This document shows, one piece after another, positions 49,826 to 61,808 of a DNA stretch of 63,011 nucleotides; positions within the stretch are counted from its first letter, which is position 1; each line of letters starts with the position of its first letter. Made by a program: the position numbers and the translations under genes. The notes below the pieces were generated by a model. That model did not search any database. It saw only the letters and a program-made list of their open reading frames with translations, and was not told where the DNA came from. Source of the stretch: Chiloscyllium plagiosum (Eukaryota); NCBI RefSeq assembly GCF_004010195.1, contig NC_057719.1, positions 6,548,546-6,611,556 of the forward strand, read 5' to 3'.

Positions 49826-50659
49826 AGTGAGGACTGCAGATGCTGAAGTACCAGACCCCTCCGACGTGGTCGACGACGCTCTCCACCGCATCTCCTCCAC
49901 TTCCCGCACCTCCGCCCTTGAACCCCGCCCCTCCAATCGCCACCAGGACAGAACCCCACTGGGTCTTCACCTTCCACCCCACCAAGCTCCGGATACATCC
50001 TATCATCCTCCGTCATTTCCGCTACCTCCAGACAGACCCTACCACCAGGGATATATTTCCCTCTCCTATCAGCATTCAGGAGAGACCACTCCCTCCGCGA
50101 CTCCCTCGTCAGATCCACACCCCCCACCAACCCAACCTCCACTCCCGGCACCTTCCCCTGCAACCGCAAGAAGTGCAAAACTTGCACCCACATCGCCCCC
50201 CTCACCTCCCTCCAAGGCCCCAATAGATCCTTCTATATCCGTCACAAATTCACCTGCACCTCCACACACATCATTTACTGTATCCGCTGCACCCGATGTG
50301 GTCTCCTCGACATTGAGGAGACAGGCCACCTACTTGCGGAACGTTTCAGGGAACACCTATGTGACACCCGCACCAACCAACCCAACCACCCCATGGCTTA
50401 ACCCCTTTGATCCCCTCCCACTCTGTCAAGGACATGCAGGTCCTTGGCCTCCTCCATCGCCAGACCCTGGCCACACGATGCCTGGAGGAAGAGCGCCTCA
50501 TATTCCGTCTAGGAACCCTCCCCAACCACAAGGGATGAATGTAGATTTCTCCAGCTTCCTCATTTCCCCTCCCCCCACCTTATCTCGAAACAACGATTCT
50601 CCTGCTCCTCGGATGCTGCCTGGCCTGCTGTGTTTTTCCAGCACCACATTCTTCAACTG
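49826..50659 (+). mobile_element. 5'-truncated Penelope-like element (Cys-rich linker plus GIY-YIG)
   Basis: DVVDDALHRISS...FTFHPT...FPCNRKKCKTC...FTCTSTHIIYCIRCTRCGL..IEETG..LAERFREH, and 12-bp TSD tgtttgctgtga at 49814-49825 and 50660-50671. Confidence 0.9.
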
Positions 50660-50955
50660 TGTTTGCTGTGATATAGACTATTTGTTGTGAGGGATACAGG
50701 GATAGCGTGGGATAATGGTGCTGAAACAAGATCAAAGGATGATCTCATTCAATGGCAGAGTGAGCCCAAAGGGCTGAATGGTCTCCTCATTAGTTTCTCA
50801 TGAGTCCTATTGTAAATCCCTGCCTGACAAAGCACGGTCAGCAAAAACCTGCAACAGTGAGTGAAATACTCAGACTGCAATTGCCCAACTAAACAACTAA
50901 CCCTTCAGTGCTATCACTGAGTACTAAATGGTAATTAAGGTCAGATGTAACTTAC

Positions 50956-51022
50956 CAAAAGAATGAAGACAGCCAAGGTTGTTTCTGTGCAGTAGCGATG
51001 GCATATGGTAGAGAGCCCCCGG
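50956..51022 (-). CDS. TDP1: TDP1 internal coding exon, 67 nt (GGSLPYAIATAQKQPWLSSFFC)
   Basis: ttctgtttattag|CCGGGGGC...TTCTTTTG|gtaagt, phase 1-2. It matches human [22 protein letters not shown]. Confidence 0.95.
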
Positions 51023-51350
51023 CTAATAAACAGAAGGGAGTCTATTAGAAGTGAAGCTTTATAACAGGGTCAAAGGGTTAAGAATTTCTTTTTAAAGTGT
51101 GTATAAATATCTATATGATCTAGTTTATATGCAATAGTATGACTTTTACAGACAAAAGCAATTCAGTTTACCATTCTTATAAAATATCATACAACAGGTC
51201 TACAATGACAACTTGCATTTATTTAGCACTATTAACATAGTAAAACACTCCAAGCAACGTCACAGAGGAGTTTTATACATAATCGGATATGATAACACGT
51301 AAGGAGATATTATCATGCACCCACGCAGCAAGAGAAAGTGGAGAATCTAC

Positions 51351-51399
51351 CTGGGTACCCCTCTAAACTTGTTCTGACATTCTCAACAGTCGGATAAAC
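51351..51399 (-). CDS. TDP1: TDP1 internal coding exon, 49 nt (VYPTVENVRTSLEGYPA)
   Basis: tctttcaatag|GTTTATCCG...TACCCAG|gtagat. It matches human IYPSVENVRTSLEGYPA. Confidence 0.96.
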
Positions 51400-51489
51400 C
51401 TATTGAAAGAGACCATGGTTAATACAGAATGAGATTCAAACACTTCACTTGTGTACTTGAATTAAATTTAAAACTGGCCATTAATAATA

Positions 51490-52225
51490 ACTCATCTTCA
51501 ACTGCTTCATCAATGACCTTCCTTCCATCATAATGCCACAACAGAGAATATTTGGTAATGTTCAGCAACATTTGCAACTCCTCAGATATTGAAATGGACT
51601 ATATCCAAATACAGCAAGACCCGGACAATATCCAGACTTGGGCTGACAAGTGGCAAGTAACATTTCCACCACACAAATGTCCAGGCGATGGCCATCTCAA
51701 ACAAGAGAAAATCCAGCCATTACTCCTTGACATTCAATGGCATTAGCATTACTGAATCTCCCACTATCAAAATCCTTTGGGTTACCATTGATCAGAAGTT
51801 GAACTGGACTAGCCACAAAAATACAATGGCTACAAGAACAGATCAGAGGCTAGGAATCCTAAATCAAGTAACTCACTTCCTGACTCCCAATGCCTGTCCA
51901 CCATCTACAAGGCACAAGACAGGAGTGTGATGTAATACTCCCCACTTCCCTGGGTAAACGCAGTTCCAACGATAAGAAACTTGACACCATCCATAACAAG
52001 GCAACTTTTTTGATTGGTATCACATTCATAAACATTCACTCCTTCCACCACCAATACTCTGTGCATCCTCTATAAGAGGCACTGCAGAAATTCACCAAGG
52101 CTCCTTAGACAGTACCTTTCCAACCCATAACCATTTCCATTTAGATGGACAAGGGCAGCAGATACCTGGGAACATCACCAGTTGTAAATTCCCCTCCAAA
52201 TCACTTACCATCTTGACTTGGGTCA
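51490..52225 (+). mobile_element. L2-like LINE RT fragment
   Basis: QQDPDNIQTWADKWQVTFPPHKC, TIKILWVTIDQKLNWTSH. Confidence 0.75.
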
Positions 52226-52264
52226 AAACATTGTTAATATATTTTTAAAAATTATTTTGATAGT

Positions 52265-52700
52265 GCAGAAAAGCAAATAAGTTATGTTGAACATTTGTAA
52301 AGTGCTGATTAGGCCTATTTCAGGATGCAGTATTCGATTCTGGGCTCCACAGTTTCAGAAGGATGTTTTGGCCTTAGAGAGAATGCAGGGTAGATTTACC
52401 AGAATGGGCCCCGGGGTGGGAGATTTCTGTGATGTGAAGAGACTGGGACTGTTCTTCCTTGGAGCTGGGAAATTAATGAGACAGTTGATAAGATTTGTTA
52501 AAAATCCTGAATGCTTTTGACAGAATTAATAAGGAGACATAGTTTCCATTGGCAGAAACACTGATAACCAGATTGAGTTATTTAACTGTCAAAAAAAGCA
52601 GAGGATATATTTTCTTATTAAGCAAATTGTTATGGCCTGGACTGTATTGCTTGGCAGTGGATTTAAAGAAAATTAGACAATTATTTGAATGAAAAATATT
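52265..52700 (+). mobile_element. Old CR1 3' fragment
   Basis: FWAPQFQKDVLALERMQGRFTRM. Confidence 0.8.
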
Positions 52701-52845
52701 TACAGGGCTCTCGGATGAGGGATGGACAACAAAGGCTGCTAAGTCAGTGACGTGCCATGAGAGAATTTAAACATCAGCTCGATACCCACGAGCTAGCATT
52801 AGACTCAATGGGCAGAATGTCCTCCAATTCTATGAGTATACTCAC

Positions 52846-53022
52846 CAAATGAAGAGGCACTTTCTGGTTGCTCTGGCATTTACCAAGCATTGAGAGGCTC
52901 TCCTTAAATTCTGAACACAGCCATTTTGTTTCATCAGCTCCCAAGGAGCCAATGCTGGAAAACTGGCCAATGAGGGGCCACGACTCTTGGTTCGTCACAG
53001 GTGATGCACAATTATTCAAGAT
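52846..53022 (-). CDS. TDP1: TDP1 internal coding exon, 177 nt (ILNNCASP...[30 protein letters not shown]...VPLHL)
   Basis: ttctcaatag|ATC...CATTTG|gtgagt, phase 0-0. It overlaps ORF 52774..53019 and matches human [30 protein letters not shown]. Confidence 0.97.
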
Positions 53023-54129
53023 CTATTGAGAAAATACAAAACAGGATCACAAGCAAACTTCTGGTGAGTAATCCAGTGGTAACGTCCCTGCAACATGTAC
53101 AAGCAGTCTGTGTATTTATGGACTGTGAAATAGTGAGGATAATTGGCAAATCGCTAGGTAGAAAATAATTGGAATAGTTTTCCCAATGGGTTCAGTCATC
53201 ATGAAACTGAATCATGTGAATCATGACCATCCTCATTCTAGAAAAAGTAAGGACACTCAAAACAGGAGCAGCAGTGTCCTCACTTGAAATTGTGGTTGCA
53301 ATCCTGAAAATCACAACTTAAAGTGAAACAACCTTAAGTGAAGCATTGGTTCTCATAAGAGTCAATGTTAAAATTGGGGTTAGGTTCTGTAGATCGTCCT
53401 TTAGCAGAGAAATAAGTTAAAACATTAAACCTGGACCCAATAGGTTGAAATACAGTTTTATATTTAAGATAATGGATAAAAGAACAAGATGATCACGGGA
53501 GAGAGGGAATATAGTAAATTCCTACATCGGTACATGAAATAACACATAGTGATCACAGATTAACACACCATACACTGAGTAGTTAGGGTATGAAATGGAC
53601 TGTCTGACAATGTCATACAGGCAGGTTTAACTGAGGCTTTCAAAAGGGCAGTGGGTGTTTTTATTGTGGATAGCAATGGGGTGCAGGATTATTATGGTGG
53701 AGGCGGCAGCTGTTTGGCCCATCATACCTACACTGGCCCTACTATGTAGTCCAACTCTATTATCTAGCACCAATCTCCTGCTTGTTTCCCATATCCTGAT
53801 GCACCAGTGCTACCCAAAAAACATCCACTGCCTAACCAATATGCAAACAGGACTCAAAAATGGGAATGGATACAGGTTGCGTGGAATTTGTCCAGCTAAA
53901 TCCTCACATTGCATGTCTAGGCTCTGGAGATGGGACATAGCAGATTTGTTAAAATGGGAGCAAGGATGAGACACTGGAGAAGCTGGGGTTGTTCTCCTTA
54001 GAGTGGAGAAGATTAAGGTAAATTTAATAAAGATGTCCAAAATCATCAATGGCTTTGATAGAACAGACACTCTTTGAAATGGAAGGAGGTTTGGTCAACA
54101 GAGGATTTATTTTGTATAAATATTCACTG

Positions 54130-54460
54130 ATGGCCAGCATTTATTGCCCATTCCCTGTTGCCCTTGTACTGACTTACTTGCGAGGCCATTTCAGACAGCA
54201 GTTAAGAGTCAACCACATTGCTAATGGTCTGGAGTCACATGTAGGCCAGACCAGGTAAGGATAGCAGATTTTCTTCACTAAAGGACATTAGTGAGCCAAA
54301 TGGGCTTTTCCAACAATCAGCAATAGTCATCATTTGATTCAGAATTCTAGATTTTTTAAAAATTCAAATTCCACCATTTGCTGTGGTGGGATTCGAACCA
54401 GAGTCCCCAGAGCATTAGCAGAGTTTCTGGATAAATATACAAACAATAACACCGCTAGGT
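54130..54460 (-). mobile_element. Uninterrupted host tRNA/L2-tail SINE (related copies at 54855-55130 and 59140-59465)
   Basis: Same family as 12575-13150 and 25215-25995. Confidence 0.72.
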
Positions 54461-55386
54461 ATTATATAAGGTAATGGATAAAAGAACCAGAAGATCTTGG
54501 GAGAGAGGGTATACAGTAAGTGTTCAATTAATTCAATGGCTCAATGATAGCTTTCAAAAAAAGGAAAGTATATAAGCATTGAGCTTAAAAGAAGTCTTCC
54601 GGTCAAGTGCCCAGTATAATGGTCCATTAGAACAACGTCTCACCAAGTGTGGAGTGAGCTCAATGTGTACCTCATTCTGCACTGGTCAATATCTTCACTC
54701 TCCATGGCTCAGGCTATGGCTCAGGTTGTTGCCTGAGGAATACTGAAAAGCAATACAGTCAGTGAGAGATTGTGGGGGGTGTGGGCAGGATAGGGAGAAA
54801 GGGAGGATGGGGCAAGTGAAGTCCGTCTACACAATCACACTTACAAAAAACAAATTCATTCATGGGATGTAGGTGTGACTGGCTAGGCCAGCATTTATTG
54901 CCCAGCCTTAATTGGCCAGATAGGAGATAAGAGTCAACCACATTACTGTGGGTCTGGAGTCACATGGAGGCCAGACCAGGTAAGGATGGCAGATTTCCTT
55001 CCCTAAAGGAAGATTGTAAATCAAATGGGTTTTTAACGATAATTGACAAGGGTTTCACGGTTATTTGGAGATTCTTTATTCCAGACTGTTATTTTATTCA
55101 AATGTCACCACCTGATTTGAACTCAGGTGAATCCTGAGGTTCTGGATTGCGAATTGAGCGACATTGCCACCATGGTACCACTGCGTCCACAGATGGACCA
55201 CCCCTCACTGCCCTTGCGAAAGGGTTTGCAAGCCTGCTTTTTGGATCCGAGGTACACTCAGGGTGCTGTTTGGGGAGGGAGTGCCAGGGCTTTGAGGTGC
55301 AGAGAAGGTTGCAAGGAAACACATCCTGCTGATGGCAAACAATGAAGCCGCACTGCTCTGAAAAGTTCTATTAAATGGCTACAAAG

Positions 55387-55686
55387 GGGTGGCACGGTGA
55401 CTCAGTGGTTAGCACTGTTGCCTCACAGCACCATGGCGCCTTGTTCAATTCCAGTCTCAGGTGACTGTCTGTGTGGAATTTGCACATTCTCCCCGTGTCT
55501 GCGTGGGTTTCCTCCCACAGTCCAAAGATGTGCAGGTTGGGGTGAATTGGCCGTGCTAAATTGCCCGTAGTGTTCGGTGCATTAGTCAGAGGGAAATGGG
55601 TCTGGGTGGGTTACTCTTTGGAGGGTCGGTGTGGACTTGTTGGGCTGAAGGGCCTGTTTCCACACTGTAGGGAATCTAATCTAATC
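55387..55686 (+). mobile_element. HE1-type V-SINE
   Basis: Full copy. Confidence 0.92.
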
Positions 55687-55942
55687 AAAAAAAAAGTGTT
55701 GTGGCAGCACTGGGCTGATGTGTTTGCATCCAAGTTATAATTGTTTAAGATTCAACAGTGTAGTAATTAATTATGAAATATTATGACTTGTTTAAAATGT
55801 CACATCAATGCGTGCCACTTATAATTCTTTTCAGCACACAGATGCTTACGGTTCTAAGAAGTATCGTTATTCAACTGTGCAAAGATAGTTCCCACAAGAG
55901 ATATTTCTCTATGATTTTCAAGGCAAAGCTAGATTTACATAC

Positions 55943-56021
55943 CTTGCCAAGTTTTAAGTGACCCCATTTTTGTTTCTCGTTACCTTGGTGACGGCCAGGA
56001 GTGGAACCAATGAGATAAACT
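55943..56021 (-). CDS. TDP1: TDP1 internal coding exon, 79 nt ([26 protein letters not shown])
   Basis: Minus strand reads ttttttggcag|AGTTTATCTC...GGCAAG|gtatgt. The translation matches recalled human TDP1 [26 protein letters not shown], and the phase joins the next exon in frame. Confidence 0.95.
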
Positions 56022-56494
56022 CTGCCAAAAAAATAAGTTAATAATTAAATAATTACATGCAAACTGTTTTAAAACGAATGTGAATAGAAAGACAAAAGAC
56101 TCGCACTTAAAGGGAGACCTTCACGTACCTTGGATGTCCAAGTACTTTTCAGCCCATTAAATATTTCCTGTAGGGTAATCATTGTTAAACTGTAGGAAAT
56201 GCAAGGCAAGACCCCACGTGGTCAGGGATGTGGCTGGAGGATCAAACTCATTGGCCAGTCCAGGACTCCCAGAACCCATGACCAATGACATGGAATTTCC
56301 AAGGTGGATACTCATTTATGAGTGATTCTTGATGATGAATGACCAGATTACCTTCTTTTGTGACACTGGATGAAGGATAAATATTGGCCAGGACAATGAG
56401 GAGAATACAGGTGTCACAGAGGTTTCTTGTTTTGATCTCCTACCTGATTGGACAGACATAAACTCTATTTAGGTTGCATCCAAAATACAGCATG

Positions 56495-56808
56495 GATGGC
56501 ACAGTGGTTAGCACTGCTGCCTCACAGCGCCAAAGACCCGGGTTCAATTCCCACCTCAGGTGACTCTCTGTACGGAGTTTGCACGTTCTCTCCATGTCTG
56601 CGTGGGCACCCTCCGGGTGCTCCGGTTTCCTCCCACAATCCAAAAACGTGCAGGTTAGGTGAAGTGGCCTTGCTAAATTGCCCACAGTGTTAGGTGAAGG
56701 GGTAAATGTAGGGGAATAGGTCTGGGTGGGTTACGCTTCGGTGGGTCGGTGTGGACTTGTTGGGCCGAAGGGCCTGTTTCCACACTGTAAGTAATCTAAT
56801 CTAATCTA
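56495..56808 (+). mobile_element. HE1-type V-SINE
   Basis: Full copy with (AATCT)n tail. Confidence 0.92.
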
Positions 56809-56959
56809 ACAGTAAGGCAGTTATCCCCATGTTCTGGTCCAACATTCATTCCCTCGATTAACTGAACCCAACTGGATTCCAAGCCTGATGGTGAAATCTA
56901 AAACTGGATACAAACCCACTTTTTCACTGTTTATTTACAGGCTGCCTTTAAATATTCAA

Positions 56960-58130
56960 TATGATTTGAACAAAGTGAGAGAGTGGGCAAGGCATGGCAG
57001 ATGAAGGATAAAATGTGAGGTTAGCCAAATGCTGATTATTATACGAATGGTGATAGACTCAGATAAAGGTGTGGTGCAACGAGACTTTTTTCTTTTACAA
57101 CAATTGCTGGAAGTTAGCATTGCAGGTGCAGAAGGCGGTGAACAAGGCAAACGGTACACTGGCCTTCATAGTGAAAGGATTTGAGTTGAGGAGCTAGGAT
57201 GTCCTGCTGCAATTGTACAGGGCCTTGGTGAGACTACACCTGGAGAACTGTGTGCAGTTTTGATCCCTTTATCGGAGGAAGAATGTTCTGGCTCTGGAGG
57301 GAGTGCGATAAAGGTTTACCAGATTGATTCCTGTGATGACGGGACTGGTGTATGAAGACAGACTGGATCAGTTTGTACCACCTCGACTTTGAAATATATC
57401 ACTGTCCCTTCATTATATTTGGGTCAAAGTTCTGGGGAATTCCCTTCCTAACAGCATTGCAGTTGTACTCATAACACATGGACTGCAGCAGTTCAAGAGG
57501 GTGAGCTCATCAATACCTTCTCAAGAACAAATAGGGACAGGCAATAAATGCTGGTCCAGACACTCATTTCATGAGTGAATAAAAAATAATTCACTGGAAT
57601 TTAAAATAACGAGAGGGCATCTCATAGAAACCTATAAAATTCTAACAGGACCACACAGGGGAAATGCAGGTAGTATGTTTTCAATAGCAGTGGAGTTCAA
57701 ACCCAGGAGTCAGAGTCTGAGGATACAGGCTAGACTATTGAGTACTGAGATGACGAGAAATTGCTTCACCCATTGAGTGGGTGAAGAAGGGCTGAAGAAG
57801 GGCTTATGCCCGAAACGGGCGATTCTCCTGTTCCTTTGATGCTGCCTGACCTGCTGCGCTTTTCCAGCAACACATTTTTAAGCTCTGATCTCCAGCATCT
57901 GCAGTCCTCACTTTCTCCGAAGGAATGCTTTGCCAGAGGAAGCAGTTGAAGCAAAAACAGTGCATAATTTTAAGAAGAAGTGAGATATAGTTCTCGGGGT
58001 TAAAGTGATCAAAGTGTACGGGGAGAAAGCAAGCACTGTGTTGGATCATCAGCCATGATCACACTATACAGTGGAGCAGGCTGGAAGGGCTGAATGGCCA
58101 ATCCATGCTCCTATTTTCTACGTTTCCATG
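56960..58130 (+). mobile_element. Old CR1 fragment with nested L2-like tail (57385-57585) and PLE terminal repeat (57782-57920)
   Basis: LQLYRALVRLHLENCVQF, and ctgaagaagggcttatgcccgaaac at 57792-57816. Confidence 0.8.
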
Positions 58131-58385
58131 TTTCATGGAATCTGAGCATTGCTGATTTTTTTTTGCATTCATTATCCATCCTTTAAAAAGGATGTGGTGA
58201 GCTACCATCTTGAATACTCTTATCCACCAACATTTCCTCTTTGTCAGTGCTCAATAAATATTTTCAAATCAATCTGTTCAAAGATGCTATTACATACCTC
58301 TGCAGGAGGTGGGGCTCGAACTCAAGTCTCCTGATCAGTGGGAGGGTCATTACCACAGAACTACAAACGGACTATCCAGTCATCA

Positions 58386-58662
58386 AGTCATAGAGAGGTA
58401 CTACACGGAAACAGACCCTTCGGTCCAACCCATCCATGCCGACCAGATATCCCAACCCAATCTAGTCCCATCTGCCAACACCTGGCCCATATCCCTCCAA
58501 ACCCTTCCTATTCATATACCCATCCAAATGCCTCTTAAATGTTGCAATTGTACCAGCCTCCACCACTTCCCCTGGCAGCTCATTCCCTACATGTACCACC
58601 CTCTGTGTGAAAAAGTTGCCCCGTAAGTCTCTTTTATATCTTTCCCCCCCTCACCCTAAACC
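58386..58662 (-). mobile_element. CR1 3' end
   Basis: Same 3' UTR as 5803-6080. Confidence 0.88.
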
Positions 58663-58687
58663 ATTAATGTTTTCATTGTAGGAGTCT

Positions 58688-59213
58688 GTAGTAGAGCTAC
58701 AGACTGACTTTATTTTATATATTGATGGGATGTGGGTGTCAGCAGCTCGGCCAGTATTTATTGCCCATGTCTAATTGCCCAGCACGAATTAGCTGCCGTG
58801 TTTCTGATATTAAAAGTGAATGCACTTCAAAGTACTTCCATGGGCTTTGGAATGGCCGCAGGATGAGAACGGTGCTATATAAAGCCAACTGATAGTGGTC
58901 GAAGTGGAAGGAACAAGTAGCAGATCAGCATTCAGCCTTGGTCTCTGGTAGGAAAATACACTAAGCATCAAATAAAGCAAAGCAGAAATGCAAATAAGCA
59001 AAGTGATGCAAAACAAACAGTTGGCTGACACAAGGAGTGTCCAAGGGCAAAATTGAAGAGCAGTGGAGGGTCACAGCCACTGAATCTTTTTAAAAAGTCA
59101 GCATTTAGTGCTGAGGCAGTAGTAGAGCTACAGACTGACTTTATTTTATATATTGATGGGATGTGGGTGTCAGCAGCTCGGCCAGTATTTATTGCCCATG
59201 TCTAATTGCCCAG
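58688..59213 (+). repeat. Perfect 95-bp direct repeat (58688-58782 / 59119-59213)
   Basis: Identical by direct comparison. Confidence 0.95.
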
Positions 59214-60049
59214 TAGGCATTTAAGAGACACATACATTACTGAGGGTCTGCAGTTACGTGTAGGTTCCAACAGGTGAGATGGAATTAACTTCACAAAACG
59301 ATATTGGGGAACCAGGTGGGTTTTTACAACAATCTACAATGGTTTCATGGTCTTAATTCCAGACTTTTACTGAATTCAAATTCCACCATTTGCCATGGCA
59401 AGATTTGAACCCTGGTCCCCAGAGCATCTCTGGATTGAAAGCCTTGCGGTAACACCATTAGGTAGTCACCTTCCCAGAACTGAATTATCCTCACAATCTA
59501 TATACCTCCCTTCAGCCCAAACAATAGTCACCTAACTTCAACATGTTCAATGCAAGGTTTCAGAAAAAGGAGGAGGCCATTCAGCCACTCTAGCCTGTTG
59601 GCCCTTAGCCGATCTATATTTTAACTCCATCTACTACTTCAGTCCCATAAGACCATAAAATACAGGAACAGAATTAGGTTATTTAGATCATCAAGTTTGC
59701 TCTGCCATTCAATCAGGGCTGAAATGTTTCTCAATCACATTCTTTTTCCCTACCCGTTATTTTCTTTTCATTCAGTCGAGGGAATGTTTCAACCTCAGGT
59801 TTGATATTTTCTGGTTTTTTTTGTCTCAGGATAGGGGCTGCAAGAGTAGTAGATTTTCATCTTGACGTTATACTTGAATAGCCTGGCTCTAATTTCAAAA
59901 AGCCATTGGAGTGAACAGAGTCCACTGATGCAGTCCAAGACATTAATCATCTGAACACCTCACTTAAATCACCCATTCACCTTCCTACACATTAAAGACT
60001 ACTGTGTACAAGCCGACCTCATCATTTATAGTTCTCATTATTCCTGGTG

Positions 60050-61645
60050 GACGTGGAGAAGATGTTTCCACTGGGAGGAGAGACCAGGACCCGAGGGCGC
60101 AACCTCAGAGGTGAAGGGCGGACCCTTTAGAACAGAGATGAGGAGAAATTTCTTCAGCCAGAAGGTGTTGACTCTGTGGGACTCATTACTGCACAAGGCT
60201 GTGGAGGCCAAGTCATTGAGCGGTATTTAAGACAGAGATAGATAGGTTCCTGTTTATTAACGGGAATCAAGGGTTACGGGGAGAAGGCAGGAGAATGAGG
60301 CTGTGAAACATACCAGCCATGACTGAATGGTGGAGCAGACTCAATGGGCTGAAGGGCCTAATTCTACTCGTATACCTTAAGGTCTTATAGATTCCACTGC
60401 TCTCCCTCCAAGGCTCAAATATTTTGATGTATATTATAAATACCCACTCATTTTTTGACAATGATTTTTGGAAGCTTGCAAGGAACATGATGTCACCGTG
60501 ATGAATTAATAGATACAGACTGTGCCATCCATTAAAGATCCAAGGCAGACCCCTGTCATAACCAGCACAACCTGACCTAGTAGATCTGTATAAAACCGAG
60601 CAAACTGTCTATGGAACACTCATTCTGCAACTATCAGAACACAATATAACTCTTCAAAACTCTGTTCTGAAGAATAAAAATTACCACTAGCTTGGGGTGA
60701 CACAGTGGCTCAGTGGTCTGCACTGTTGCATCACAGCGCCAGGGACCCAGGTTCGATTCCTGTCTGTGTGTGTGTGTATATATAAGGGGGATACTCACGG
60801 TAAGTACTTCACACAGAGGGTGGTGGGCATCTGAAACGCGTTGCCAGCAGATGTGGTAGAGGCAGGCACGGTAGATTAATTTAAGATGCGTCTGGACAGA
60901 TGCATGAGTAGGTGGGGAGCAGAGGGATACAAATGCTTAGGAATTGACTGACAGGTTTAGACAGTACATTTGGATCAGCTCAGGTTTGGAGGGCCGAAGG
61001 GCCTGTTTCTGGGCTGTAAATTTTCTTTGTTCTTTGCAACTGAGGAAATCAAGGAAAGCAACAAACTTAAGGAAGAAATAAATAACTGCCAAGATGAGTG
61101 ACAGGTAGGCTGACTGGTCAGATTATTAAAATAGCAGGGAATGATTAAATGGTTAATCGGGAAAAGGAAATCATAATGTGAGTGAAAGTGAGATAGAATT
61201 GTACAAATGAATATAGCAGGAGTTTCTACAAGTTTCTGAAAAGGAAAAGAGTTAAAAAAAAACTGTCCTCCAGACAGTGTGAATGGGGAGTGAATGGTAA
61301 AAACTGAGGCAATGCCTGAAGAAATGTATAAATATTTTGCTTCCATCTTCACCACAAGAAAAAATCCCAATAGTCATTGGGAAGGAGAAGTGGAAGGAGA
61401 AGAGGGAGCTGGTGAAATTACAATCATAAGAGATGTGGTACTGAGCAAACTGATGGAGCTGCAGGCTGACAAGTCTCTGGGTCCAGGTGGACTTTCACCC
61501 GAGGATCATAAAAGAAGTTGCTAGGGAGGTAGTAAATATGTTAGCGTTAATTTTTTAAAATTTGCTGGATTCTGACAAGGTCCCATCAGACTGGAAAGTA
61601 ATAAAAATTTCATGAAGGGAGGAGACAGAAAACAGGAAACTATAG
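60050..61645 (+). mobile_element. CR1 fragments and a partial HE1 (60693-60770)
   Basis: CR1 3' UTRs, and KYFASIFT...LQADKSLGPGG. Confidence 0.75.
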
Positions 61646-61808
61646 GCTGCACGGTGGCTCAGTGGTTAGCACTGCTGCCTCACATGACCAGGGACCCAGG
61701 TACGATTCCAGCCTTGGGTGACTGTCTGTGTGGAGTTTGCACGTTCTCCCAGTGTCTGCGTGGGTTTCCTCCGGGTACTCCGTTTTCTCCCACAGTCCAA
61801 AGGTGTAT
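61645..61808 (+). mobile_element. HE1 SINE 5' half, interrupted by a CR1
   Basis: Head and V-domain end abruptly at cagtccaaaggtgta. Confidence 0.85.

Noticed and set aside
49710..50690. 326-aa Pro/Ser/Thr-rich ORF as a host gene
   Set aside because: It is mostly an alternative frame of a C-rich, frameshifted Penelope element bounded by a TSD.
53455..54520. About 60-bp imperfect direct repeat 1 kb apart (53460-53520 / 54465-54520)
   Set aside because: Both look like decayed CR1 3' segments, so shared repeat ancestry is a sufficient explanation.
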